DNA from: Azolla caroliniana
Taxonomy: Eukaryota; Plantae; Polypodiophyta
Assembly: GCA_043228905.1 (NCBI GenBank)
Contig: JBHGNT010000007.1
Coordinates: forward strand, 16,058,001 to 16,122,000
Length of the DNA: 64,000 nucleotides
Direction: 5' to 3'
Each line of letters starts with the position of its first letter. Position 1 is the first letter of the stretch. Below are positions 1 through 12,916 of this stretch, piece after piece. The position numbers and the translations under genes were made by a program. The notes beneath the pieces were generated by a model that saw only the letters and a list, made by a program, of their open reading frames with translations, was not told where the DNA came from and ran no database searches.

Positions 1-1254
1 TGCCATCTGGCGGCCGGTCCTTCCAATGTCACGCCGAATTCGGCTATCTTAGATCGTTCCTCTTCGGCCGCGGTTAACCGTTGTGACACATGGTTCGCCT
101 CCCATGTCTGTTGAAACACGTGAACATGAGCCTCTGCATCCGGATCATCCCTATACTTTGAGTACTGGAACGGCATGTCGTCGTCCGGTGTCGGTATGCG
201 GGCTGGCGGTGTCGGTGGTCTTTCCTGCTGTTCCGTCGGTGTCGGAGGTCCTTGCTTGTCTTCCTTTGGTGTTGCCGGCTCGACTTCCGGTATTGGAGGT
301 CTTTCTTTGTCTTCTTCCATCTCCAGAGGTTGCTCCACGTCTAGTGCCGGGGATTCCCAGTCTGACAACTCTGGTTCCGGTGTCGGTAATGTATCCGACT
401 CCTCATCCTCCGGTCCTACTGGGCTGTCGTTACTGCTGCGATAGTTCGTGTGCGCGTTGTAACCCCCTTCCGAATCCGATTCCAGCACTGAAAATGCTTC
501 GGATTCGCCATCTCTTCCGGCCAAGACCTGGAGAAGGGATTCCGCTTCCCGGAGGCTGCTTAAGCTGCTTCCTTCATTCGGGTAGTCGTTTTGTTGCAGA
601 CGGAGTGACTCCTCGGCCACTTTCTGGATCACTTTGGAAAATGATCGATCTGATCGGATTTCTTCCGCTGCTTGCTAGAAAGCCTCTCGCCGCCTTCGCC
701 GTTCAACAAGTCTTCGTGCTCTCTCCATAACCGGGTCGTCTGTTGGCCTAGTCATCCATTCCCGCCGCTGTTCACTACGCTTGTGCAGGAATCGTGGTCG
801 CCAAAAACTGTGTTAATCCTAGGGGCCGGACAACAGCCTAACACAGGGTGTCCACATAAGACACTTCACCAAAGGGTGTTACAACAGGATGACTTACGAC
901 ACAACGTTTAATTAGACCTTAATCGATTACGTAGCAACACATCATTAACACACGTAAGATATAACAATGAGTACAGAACGGTAATCAATACTGAAAGATT
1001 AAGGCAATAAGTTCTATTAAATATCCGTTGTCGATTACATTGTAACCGGGCCTTTATATAGGTCTACGTTGTGAAGTACAAAACGGTGCCAACTGGCACC
1101 TTTTTGGGATCGGTCTGGATCCGGATCGGCATACCGATTCTGGTCCGTCTGTCCACATCTTCTCATATATTAATATATATTAAGACTACTAATGACAACA
1201 GTTCCCGAATAGACTATTCCTTTCACACTCTGGTTTGGACCCGGCCGGGTAACA
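1..1254 (-). mobile_element. Gypsy (Tat/Ogre-like) LTR retrotransposon 5' end nested in copia integrase; runs off the window
   Basis: Minus-strand LTR 1254..809 (TGTTACCCGG...ACACA) is followed by PBS-like TGGCGACCACG (803..793) and a stop-interrupted gag-like frame starting MERARRLVERRRRR at ~728. It cuts the copia integrase right after CIFLGY. Confidence 0.7.
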
Positions 1255-3319
1255 CGTATCCGAGGAATATGCATGGCTGGGTCTTTGGATCCAACTTTCC
1301 TCTCCGGTCCTTAGCAACATGCACGTACGCGAGACACCCGAACACCTTCAGATGCCGGTAGGACACTTCCTTACCGGTCCACACCTTCTGCGGTGTGTCT
1401 CCATCCAAGGGCACTGAGGGTGATCTGTTTATCACATACGTCACTGTCGACAGAGACTCCGCCCAAAACTTCTTGAGTAATTTTGCATGCGCCAGCATAC
1501 TCCGCACCCTTTCCATTATGGTCCGGTTCATCCTCTCGGCCAACCCGTTTAGTTCCGGCGTCTTCGGCATGGTAAATTCGAGTCGGATTCCCTTCAAGTG
1601 ACAGTACTCCTCGAACTGCCCCCGGTATTCACCTCCTTTATCTGCTCGAACCGCCTTCAGCTTCCGGCCGGTTTCTCTTTCCACTCTCACATGGAGCTCT
1701 TTGAAAATAGATTGCACCTGATCCTTCGTCTTCAACGGTGTGGCCCACAGCTTCCGGTTGTGGTCATTTATGAACGTCACGAAGTACTACGATCCGGCAT
1801 GTGACTTCGTGTCCACTTGACATACATCAGTATGCACCAACTCCAGTGGTGCATTACATCTCATTGGTGGCCTCGATCGGAAGGAGGTCCGGTTTTGTTT
1901 ACCGGCCGGACAATCAGTGCACTTCTCCAAGTGCACGTTCTTCACTAGAATGAGGTTGTCATCTGCAAGCCTCTTCATCCCCTTCTCGCTCATGTGACAC
2001 AACCTCTTGTGCCATAGCTCACCGGCAGTGTCGGAAGCCATGTGCACTTCTTCCGGGCATAACCGGGCATTCATTAGGTACAACATATTTACCTTCCGGG
2101 CCCGAGCCACTATCAGGCTCCCTTTCCTGAATTTCATGACTCTGTTCCGAATGCTACCCGTGTAGCCTTCATCATCTAGCCGACCGACTGATATCAGGTT
2201 CAGTTGAACCTCTGAAACATGTTGGACATCCTTCAGCAGCGGCTTGCATCCGGTTGGTGTTGACAACCACACGTCTCCTATGCCGACAATTCAGCATGTA
2301 CCTTCATTCCCCATCCGGACATAGCCGTGATCACCAACTAAGTAGGATGAGAAGCATTTCTAGTCCGGGGTAAGGTGGAACGACGCTCCGGAGTCGACCA
2401 CCCAGGTCATCTCGTCGCCGGCAAGGTTTAGCTCACTCTCTTCGGTGATGAGCATCAACTCTTCTTCACTTGCCGCGATTGACGTCGTTCCCTTTCGGTC
2501 TGTTCCCCTCCGGTCTTTATCGTTCCGGTCTGGTGTCCGCTTCGAATCGGTACCATCGGTTTCCTTGTCTTTTCGGAAGTGCCGACAGTTCTTTTGGAAG
2601 TGTCCCGGCTTGCCGCAATAGAAGCAGGTAGGCCTCCCCCTTGACTTTGACCGTGTCCCCGACTTCTCCTGGTTTTGGGGACTACGGTTCCTTTGTCTTC
2701 CGCGTTCTGATTCGGTAATGAGCACTTTGGAGTCGGAGTTCGTATCCTTTTCTTTCCGACGCGCCTCCTCATCTAGCAAGCTCGACTTCACTCTTGCCAG
2801 GGATAACCGTTTCCCTTCCGGCCCGGCGTTGCCCAAAGTGACGACCAACATCTCCCAGCTATCTGGGAGGGAACCGAGCAGGAGTAGTGCTAGTACCTCA
2901 TCGGCGAGAGGTACTTCTAATGATGTTTCCTGGTGTATCAGCCCCTGGAAGGCATTCATGTGCTCCGCCATGCTGGAACCATCTTGGTACCGGAGTCTTA
3001 CTAGCTTCCGAAATACCGAAACCTGATTAACAACATTTTTGTTCTTAAACATAATGCCGATCTTCTCCCAGAGCTCATGAGCCTTGCTCTGTTCATTGAA
3101 GTTGTTGTATAAACTCATGTCGATGAACCACCGTATGAACGCCGTTGTCTTCATGTGCATCACCTCCCATATTGTGGCGTCGATTTTGTCTAGTCTCTTG
3201 TCCCTGAACTGGACCAGCAGCCAAAGATCTTTAACCACGAGCATGTCCCTCATCTTCGACTTCCACACCGAATAGTTGGAGCCGGTGAGCTTGAACATGC
3301 CTCCCAATGAATCGTCCAT
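1255..3319 (-). pseudogene. Copia gag-protease-integrase, frameshifted
   Basis: KLTGSNYSVW gag start; zinc knuckle CFYCGKPGHFQKNC; protease WVVDSGASFH; LWHKRLCH...C..C; integrase LELVHTDV, TPELNGLAERMNRT and KLDPK..PCIFLGY, split across ORFs 2360..3394, 1787..2272 and 1223..1780. Confidence 0.92.
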
Positions 3320-4047
3320 TTTTTTATTCGTTTCGTTTCTCTCTGATACCAATTTGTGAGGACTACACACTCCAAAAACAACGCTCGGCCACAACCGAGT
3401 CTAGGATCAAACACAGAAAAATGGGTAATGTACGCACGACACAGTAAGAGAAGAGTACACAGGATGAAGAGAAGAGTACACGGGATGTTTACGTGGAAAA
3501 CCCAAACACGGGAAAAAACCATGGCAGTCCACAGACTGCAAACTATCACTATGTTACAATATACAATAGATGAACATAGAGGCAACGACCTCTTGTTCAC
3601 TGTCTTCGCCACAGGCGGCGGTTACAACAGAGACAACGTCCTCTACGTCTCTCAGTCTCTCTCTGTACGCAGTTGCACTCAAATCTTGCACCAACAAGAA
3701 TGACAACAACACACTACACTAAGTTTGCCCTAAGTCATATTTATATTAATATGACTTTTCGGCTATTTACAAATATAGCCCCAATGGACTCTCAGAAACA
3801 TATTTACGAATATGTCCCTTCATCCGGTGAGCATTCCTCACCGGGCCTGCATCATCCGGCTCTTGCCGAGCACTCGTCATCCGGTTCTCACCGGGCCTTC
3901 ACCATCCGGCTCTTGTCGGGCACTCGTCATCCAGTTCTCACCGGGCCTTCCTTGCCGGGTACTCGTCATCTGGTTCTCACCGGGTCTTCCGTTGCTCATC
4001 AACACTGTTCTTCTCACTTCCCATCCGGAGGGACCTGTTTCCTAACA
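1255..4047 (-). mobile_element. Ty1/copia LTR retrotransposon (element A): 5' LTR, PBS, gag-PR-IN
   Basis: LTR 4047..3355 (TGTTAGGAA...CACA); PBS TGGTATCAGAG at 3351..3341 (tRNA-iMet type); gag-pol homology downstream. Confidence 0.93.
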
Positions 4048-5310
4048 TATTTTTGGTTTGGATGCTTCATAAATGATACATTGTTGGTTGTCAAAGGTGT
4101 CCCACCTAATGCATGCATTTCTTATTTTGAGTTTTGACAACAATAGATTGTAGCCTCATGCCTTTGATTGTAACTATCTACAACATGTGTGGAATGCACC
4201 TTCCATCACTCATATGTGTGATATGATGTGGGTGTATGCAAAAGAACCTGTTGCAAGATTACTATGGGATGGGGGGGGGGGGGGGGGGGGGGTTGGTTCT
4301 GGTCATACTCCTTGGGTGAACAAATCATAAAGGTTCCCTTCTTTCAGTATCCAGTGAAACTTGGAAGGTCATTACTGATGTCTAGGAATGTAATGGTGCT
4401 AGCAGCTCAAAAACATTGCAGTAACTAGAGTGTTTCAACTTTGATGTTGAAAACCTATTGGAGATGGATCTTGTCTTTCAAGGACCCTTCTAAATTTATT
4501 TGTTTTAGATGGCTATTAGTGCATGCAACATTACGAATTGGCCAGTCGTTGAAAGGGAATGTAGCACCTAATCTCAAGCGATGGGGCTTTTCGCTATGCA
4601 ACTCAGGAGAATACCAAACATGCCCTCTAGTCTTGTCCCTTGGCTTAGCAAGTATGAAATAAAGTTCTTCCTTTATTCCTAACAATCAATGTTGGTTGCT
4701 TGTTCTCATGGGGAGCACTGGTGGGGGGAGTTTTACATTCCAGCTTGATGTTGTATGAGGTAGACGATATCCACGAGGCGATGACGGTACACAATAGAAG
4801 ATTGATATTAGTTAGTCTGTTTCCACAACCTCGAAAGTAGGCATGATTTGTCCATGTCTGGAAAACTGTGACGATGGTAAAGTTATGGGTATTATGGAAA
4901 TGTGGATGTGGTCGACTTTATGATGCAACAATTCTTGGTCCTTTAGATGTACTGCTTGAGATATGGGAGACATTGATGACAGTAGTCCATGGGCAGTATG
5001 ATAATATGTATGGTTCTGCAGAAAATGCTCATAAGAGGAGGACGAAGCTTCTTCACTTATGGAGGAAGTTGCCCTTCTTTGTAGTGTCAAGTCAAGGGCC
5101 TCAATGGAACTATCAACTTCTATGGACCCTTTCTTGAATATCAGTACGTCATGGCAATGTACCGTATCAAGTTGTTTTTGTACGTACAAGTTTTGGTATA
5201 CACACAATGTCTTTTATTCTATGTTGTAAGCCTCTTGGTAGATAACTTCAAGTTGTAGTCTTCAGATGTTTTTAATACTATTGAAGAAAATCTTTCAAGG
5301 AAAAAAAAGT
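4048..5310 (+). mobile_element. Degenerate L1-type LINE 3' end (zf-RVT-like region and ORF2 C-terminus)
   Basis: CFRWLLVHATL...(frameshift)E..HAL.SCP.A.QV and LWVLWKC motifs; A-rich tract at ~5300. Homologues at 53000-54025 and 55464-56770. Confidence 0.6.
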
Positions 5311-6699
5311 CATTAACATGAAGTCATCGTTTTGTTATAAGACGCAGAGTCCACAATGACTATCCAAAACATATAGTAAATTATTTTTAAAAAGTAATTT
5401 GTCATGCCAACTGAGTTGATTATAATTTTTTTAGGAACTCCTTGACCTTCAAGATGAAATATGACTTGGAACAACATGATTCATGAAATCATGTGCATCT
5501 TTGAGCCTAGGTATGAAATTTAGACAATTTCTTGCGATTGATATAGAAATTGTGGTGTTCATGTTCAATGACAATATCGTATTTTGTTGTATTGTCAATG
5601 TCCAAGAGTAAAATTCCTTTGTATTTCAAACTCTAGAAAAAAAGAAGGAAATTTTGAGCATGACCAAAAATATTTTTAGATGTAATTTCCGATTTAACCT
5701 TATCAACCATTGTTTACGCATTAGTATAATATTTCTTCGTGTCCCTTGTTGATCGCGAAAGTTCTAACACAATTTGTTAGCTTTTGAAATGCCTTGCGCA
5801 GATGCCCTGGCTAAAGGAAGTTTGGGCTATCCAAAATATGAGTTTTTCCACATTAGTCCAATATGAGTTTTTCAACATTAGTGTAGTATGCTTTCCTTTT
5901 CCTTGACATTCATCGAAGTGTGACAATGACATTTGGCGATCATGTATTAGACTGTGAAAGGTAGCCTACATGTGATGATATGATGTGTATTGCTAAGATT
6001 TAGCATGCAACTTATAATAATCCAAAATGAGTTTTTCCACATCAGTGTAGTATACTTTCGTTTTCCATGTTGATCAAGTAAATTCTATAAAAATTTGTTG
6101 ACTTTGGAAAGTCTGTTGTGCACATGTTTTGACTAAAGGAAAGGATGTTTGGGCTATCCTAAAAGTGTCATTTTATATTTATTTATTTTCCCAAAAAAAC
6201 ACTACTTCGCATTACTGTCATTCTATATTAATCTAATGTGAGTGTATTTGTTTTTGGAAAGAAAGAAAAATTTGTATCTATCTGTCTTCTAGTTTGGGAT
6301 TTCCTTTTCCGAGAAAAGACGTTGCTTTCTCATTAGTTAAGAGAGTTCTTTACAGAAAGGCTATAGAATATATATATATATATATATGTGGGAGTATCAT
6401 CCCCCGTCCGAGTCCAAGAATATGAGCAAGCAAATAGGGCTATTTACATATCTATCGTAAGCTACCACGAACCTGTTCCCCAAACCCTTAACAAAGGAAG
6501 GGTGGGAAACAACCTACACTGGTGTTATAAATATGAATGGAGCATATTCACTTGACTTTTGGAGCTCATTCAATGCTATAATGATTAGAAGTGACCCACT
6601 TGTATTTATAAGCCATAGTGGTGGCTAGTTGTGGCAACCAACCACCATTCAGAATCTTGTGGCATACTCAGCCTTTAAGCCAGTAGAGCCAAGAAGGTC

Positions 6700-7637
6700 A
6701 TGGCCCAAGTAGGTAGTTCATGTCCACTGTTTTGTGGGCAGGAACGAGATATGGTGGCCACGTTTGCCGGTGTGCTTACAGTCCTTACATTCTTCATGGC
6801 CCAAGCTCGAAGAGGGTCAGGACATGATCATCTGAAAACTGAGTTGCAAGCATTTTTTGTCGGCATTGCCAATGCGTGTAGATTTGGCCCAGGATTCGGA
6901 CTTAAGGTGGCATTCATGACTTGGAACGAGAACCAGAAGACCCACACGCACAACTACTGGATCGTTTATTCTGGCGGGGCATTGGTTATGGTCAAATGAT
7001 TCCCCCATACGGGGAGGGGGTTAATCATGAAAAGGAAGCATATTGGGATCCTCGGTCACTTGGCATTCTTATGGCGGCACAGGTGTGGATTGCTTATATC
7101 GAAGAGCCTTCTGGATCTGCTAGTCCTAGTCATGAGGACTCTGTCCGTTATGGTGAGGACAATGTTTGCAGTAATGAAGAGCGTTCGGATTTGATTAAAT
7201 TGAGCTATCCATTGCACATATACGAGCATGCACTCACGGACAACGTTGAACACATCAGGCACAGGCGCTCAACCACTTATGTCCTAAAGTGGGACTTCTT
7301 CAAGAGCAACATTGTGATGCTCCTATATGTGTTGCTCATCAACTCTGTGATGTTAGGGCTCACCGGCCTTGCATTGTTTTATGGTTTCTATTTCCTGAAG
7401 CATGCCCACTTCTCCCTTCTTTGCGCCCTGCCTTCATTCGCATTCGCCTTGGCGGTATTTTTACCACTTTTCTCCAAGGTAACATCTACAACACAAGAAT
7501 CTCTTCTAGTCACACTCAGAGTGAGCCTTTTGCTGGCAATCATTGAAACGATAATGGAATGGAAGACACTTTGTTTCAACCAGCCCTCCAAGGCTTTTAC
7601 ATATCATGCCTTCCCTCCTCACGTCAGTACCTTTTAA
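6700..7637 (+). pseudogene. Frameshifted paralogue of the 510-aa membrane protein at 49627..51159
   Basis: Shared blocks: MAQVGSSCPLFCGQER/MAEAVGSCTPFSGDER, KEAYWDPRSL..LM.A..WI.Y, and TI.EWK.LCFN.PS...PHV..F. The frame changes near 6920. Confidence 0.8.
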
Positions 7638-8247
7638 TTAATATCTATTTCTTCCCAATCTACTATCCCACATCTTATGTCAATCAATAAACTTGATCAT
7701 ACCCACTGCATTGTATACGAATGCATATACCGTATGTTCAATCCCTATTTACATATATGCAAACTCATACGTCATATGCATGCATCTATTTATGACATTA
7801 TCTTCTTGAGCTTTTGTAATGTACCTTGCACTTGTAATCTCTAACTACTCTACATGAAAATAATTATTATTGACGAAGTATTCCTTCATATAATATCTTT
7901 ATGAATAGCACAAGACAACGACGATGTTGGTAGATTGCACTGCATCACCATAATACTAAGATTGTGAGCTCCTTTGCATCCAGATCATTGTGTGAGCCAG
8001 GTGGAAAACGCCGAGGTTTTCGACTAGGAGGAGGAGGAATTTAAGGTAGATAAGATTATGAATAGATTGAATGAGAGAGATATAGAAAACCCGTGAATCC
8101 CACGAGGTGTATTATATTAATCAAGATTAAGAACTCTAATAATTCCCCAAAAATTCAACCCCCAATTACATTTTGCTCCCTTCCTTATATAGTGATGGGA
8201 GAGGCTAAGTATAGCTTATCACATGGCAACCATCATGCTTTTTCTAA

Positions 8248-8408
8248 CTATAGTATTCATACACATTAGTTGTGCATGAGTAGCTTTTTCTAAGATATTT
8301 CTTTCAACTATAGTGTTCATGCACACTAGTTATGCATGAGTAGCTTTTTCTAAGATATTTCTTTCAACTATAGTGTTCATGCACACTAGTTATGCATGAG
8401 TAGCTTTT
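8248..8408. repeat. 60-bp tandem repeat, ~2.7 copies
   Basis: ctatagtgttcatgcacactagttatgcatgagtagcttttt recurs with 60-bp period. The duplicate region at ~59690 has one unit fewer. Confidence 0.9.
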
Positions 8409-9330
8409 ACTAGAATATATGTAAAGAATCGAGAGTGATTATGTGCATCAGAATGTGTATGTATGCGTGCGCGCGCGCGCGTGTGTGTGTGTGAGAGAGA
8501 GAGAGAGAGAACATAGAGTATATAGAAAAATAGTAAATTGTATTAACAAGAGGAACAATAGGCAACAAGTACAAAGAGGAGAAGAATGTGCTCATGTAGT
8601 CACCTTCTCTTACCACCACCGTTTCTTGGGAAAGAGGTGGAGACTTAACTACCTACTAAATATGTATCATAGGACTTAACTTCTATGACACGTTAGTTAT
8701 AATACAAAGGAGGTGGGATATTCACACACTTGGGTATTCTTAAGGTGTTTTCCCACACTAGGGAAGTTGAGTTTGATTCTCAACATGCCCCCTTAAACGC
8801 ACCTTTCGGTCGGTGAATAGTTGGTTCAAACTGGTCTTCGGATCAGCTTTTAGTTGGCTCCCACTTCAGTTGTGGATGGCTAGCTCATGCTTGTGTTCGT
8901 TCTGCTCCATTCAATGTCGTGTCGAATGGCTCCTTATCCATACTCCCCCTCAAGTGTTAGGAATATGTCCCTCTAGTGGCAGGAGCCGATTGCTTGGAGA
9001 GAGCCGACAATCGAAGATAAGGAGCAGGCGACTGAATGGATGAGAGCTGACGGTCGACTCAGAGAGAGTTGATCGAGGTTGAAGACACGACCAACTAGTT
9101 GGGCTGACCGGATGGTCGATAACCAGGCCGACTAGTCGGACCGACTTGACAATCGATGAAATGAGTCGGTTGATTAGTAGGACTACTATTATTATTATTG
9201 GATAATAATAATGGCCATGATTGTAAATAGCCCATTCTTTGTATTAGTATAAATACACCTAGGGAAAATAGAACATGGATATATATAGATAGGCATGTCT
9301 GTGTGAGCCTCTGGTGCGTAGCGTGAGAAA

Positions 9331-12300
9331 GTAAGATATATTAACGTCTTCTAAGGCAAAAATTGGCCCATGAGACAAATGGTTTACAACAAAAAATGGG
9401 ATATTTACCCATTCATCGAAGGTAAAAAATAAAAATAAAAATAGAGTTTTAAGCTAAATAGTTATAGTAAAATAACAAACATACTCTACAATGAAAATGA
9501 TGTTATACTAGGCCTAATTTCATTTCCATCCAAGTCTCTCGAAGAGAAGCGGGAGATCAAAGGGTTTTGATGTGGATATGGCTTGTGGCCCCAATGTAAA
9601 CGGTACCCCAACCATAGCTTCTAGTCGACCTAGCTCACGTTCCCTTATCTTCTTAGTCCTTTCTACTCCGCGTCGACTTGTTTTGAAGCCCAACATCCAA
9701 GGGCATTTGGTTGTTCTTTGCATTTCGGCTTCCTCAAGAGAGAGGCCAAGAGGCGTAAGTGTATGCACATTCATCGTCTCCCCTTGTTCCTGAAAAATTA
9801 CACTAGTTACAAGTTGATAAATAGTAAAAGGGTTATGGTTAACACTTTGCAATTTATTCTCCCTATGTTGGTTTAGCTCTAAGATATACCTACCTAGTCT
9901 CTTTACATCCGGGGTATCTAATAGTTTGGAGAGGGTGGGAGAGGCTCCTAATATGTCTTGGTATTCCACTCATATCTCGGCATATGTTGGGCACTTGCAT
10001 GTGAAGTGATACTCATCCTCTATCTCTATGTGCCTTTCCTCTCTAGGGACTCTATTAGCCCGACCATTATCAATCTCAAGTTGGTGATATGATATCCTAA
10101 GTTGTCCAATGGCCACCCTTAGTGCAATTGATAAGAATGTATCTAGATATCTTGGTCGTGTAATAAAACCTAGTTGAGAGAAGTGCAAGAAGTGTTCCTT
10201 ATAGTACAACATTTTAGATGGTAGTGGCCCTCGTGGGGTGATCCATTTATATCGAGTGTAATTTTGCCATATTTCTTGGCGTATCACTTTATTACGGTCT
10301 TCATGAGATATTAGAGTTTGATCAGACCCATGGTTCTACTTAGGGGGGGGTAGGTTATTAATGTCTATGTCGTTTGCAAGTCACCAACTCCCGACAGTGC
10401 TATACCAAGAACTAGTGTTTCCAGACGCATGTAGGGATCGGGATGCCTCAAAGGCTCGATGGGATATCCTATCTAGTGGTTGCCTATGTATCCAATGAAT
10501 AAAAAAAACCACTTGAAACAGTGTTTCTACTAACTTTGGGGGCAGACTGAACTCTGCTCTAATAATGTCATGTGTTATTGTCGATTTGCTTCGGATTTGA
10601 CGTGATAACATCGTCCCCAAAGGTCTCTCTAATTGCATCCACATGAAAGATGGTAGACCTAGAGCCCATACTACTGATGCATACATGAGGGAAGGGGTCA
10701 CTATTGAGTCAAAGAGTCAAAGGGGTCACTACTAATGCACTCTTGAAAGTATGCATGGTGGCATTGTCTCTCTAAGAGTGAGAGGGATGTATACACTCTC
10801 GTTAGCCTATCTTTGGTTGCCTGGGTCATTGAGAATTTACCTGAGCGAGCACTAAAAGTGACTCCTAAGTATAAATATGATCCAACTACCTCAACTAGTT
10901 TATGAGAGAGGATTAGGTGACATTTACTCCTAAGTCGGGACGATGTATGAAAGAAAAGGACTTTAGTTTTTGCAAGATTCACTACCAGTCTTCGTTGTGT
11001 ACAAAAGTCATCTAGGGCATTAAGAGGCATTTAGATGCTTTTGCAGGTCGTGTTCCAACTCCAAGAGCAAGACAATGTCATCCGCGTAGAGTAAGAGACT
11101 AACTTGCGTATCCCCAATAGCTACTCCCTTGCCTCCCTTACGTGCAATAAAATCAGTGATTTCATCAATGTAGATCCGGTGTTTATGTAGGTCCGTATTT
11201 AACGTTTAAATACATATAGTACCTCATAATTTGTATAGTACGTACTATACCTCAATGTTGTTCAGTCCAATACAGTATTTAACATATTTATAAAAAAAAC
11301 ATGTATAATACGTATTTATAAAGAAAATGCAAGTAAAACCCCAACAAAAAGCAGAAGAACAAAAAGATTTTAGTGAAAAAGAAGCCAAAGGAAGGAAGAA
11401 AGAAGAATAGAAGAGACGACGATGAAGAAGATGATGATGAAGAAGAAGGAGAGAAAAGAAGACATAAACCTGTCCTGACTCTATGTGTGATAATCACAGA
11501 AGATAGAAGAAGAAGAAAAAGAAAACGAAGAAAAGAGAAACCTATCATGAGTTTGATAATCGTAGACAATTCCTCAATCTATGAAGGCATAATTGTAAAT
11601 AATTACAATTTGAAGTAGAAATCGTGATACACACTTACACTGATTTATAGAATAAGGGAATGTCGACATCCATATTACTACAAGTATTTTAGGATGTGAA
11701 ATGTTCAAATGTCTTATATGCATTTTAGGATGTAGAACTATATTGTATATCACAAAATTGTGTAAACATAGATGTTTTTTACAATATTATAGATTTTTTT
11801 TAGAAAGGTAAGTAATTTTCAAATTCTAGAAGTATTTAACGTACTATACGTAAAATACATATTTTACGTATTTTATAAGTATTTAACATATTAAGAAAAC
11901 ATATTTAACGTATTTTTAAATTGGTAGGTACTATACGCGTATTAATACGTTATATACGTATGGTTTCCATATCGTACCTAATGTACCTAACAACCTTGGA
12001 TAGGGGGCAACCCTGTTTTACACCAATGGTACTAGTGAAACAATCGGATAGGCCACCTGGGCATCTTACACACCCAGAGACTATTTAACGTATTTTTAAA
12101 TTGGGAGGTACTATATGCGTATTAATACGTTATATACGTATGGTATCCATACCGTACCTAACGTACCTAACAACCTTGGATAGGGGGCAACCCTGTTTTA
12201 CGCTAATGGTGTTAGTGAAACAATCGGTTAGGCCACCTAGGCATCTTACACACCTAGAGAGTTGCTCATATAGGGCATAAATGGCCCAGATAATGTCATT

Positions 12301-12612
12301 TGGTATCTCCAAGCTCTTAAGTACATCAAACAACTTCTCGCTAGGAACTACATCAAAGGCTTTGCGAAAGTTCACAAAGCAACAATATAGTTTCTTCTTA
12401 CGAGCCTTTTTCTAGTCAATTAAGCACCTAAGTGTGAAGATATGGTCAATAGTGGAGAAGGCTAGTCTAAAGCCAACCTGCTCAGGTGCTTGAAGACTTA
12501 ATGTTTCCATATAATCATTGAGCTCTGCTTCCATTGCCGCACCATATAGTTTAGTGAGCGTATGACCTATCATAATGGTCCTATATGTATTTGGGTCCAT
12601 TGGGTCCCCTCC
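9331..12612 (-). mobile_element. 5'-truncated non-LTR retrotransposon (LINE RT plus C-terminal Cys/His motif) inserted in the 5' LTR of element C
   Basis: YRTIMIGH...QVGFR...STIDHIFTL, NFRKAFD, VKQGCPLS, LLYADD, VNLAKTKV, YLGV, EDEYHF..KCP.Y. The LTR sequence resumes at ~12613. Confidence 0.88.
11180..12178. mobile_element. Non-autonomous DNA-transposon-like insert within the LINE RT, with a duplicated ~180-bp end
   Basis: Interrupts RT between KQGCPLS and IYIDE. AT-rich with many ACGTAT motifs; 11904-12082 repeats 12084-12260. No clean TIR/TSD pair seen. Confidence 0.55.
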
Positions 12613-12916
12613 GAGAGAAGGAAAAATAGGGTAAGGGATCGTGAGTGAGTTAGTGGCACCATAGCTATGATCACAACAACATTCGAGGCTGTTTACACTC
12701 TCCGTAGAGAGAGTGTTGTACTTTGATCTCATTGTTGTATATCCATTGTATAGTCAAGCTCCGTTCTCTATGGTTTTCACCCGCTTTAGGGTTTCCACGT
12801 TAAATCTGTGTACATTGTTTTCTGTGCATCAGAGTTGTGTATTTCAGCATATTCCCCTTCTAGTGGATTGACAATTCCTTTCCCAACAAAGTGGTATTAG
12901 TGCTTGAGGTGCAAGC

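Noticed and set aside
83-730. 215-aa plus-strand ORF
   Set aside because: It is the antisense shadow of the degenerate Gypsy gag-like region.
11288-11618. Hydrophobic and charged ORFs (also 46566-47151, 52211-52501, 59773-60087, 62665-62940)
   Set aside because: They are translations of GAA/GA/CT low-complexity tracts.
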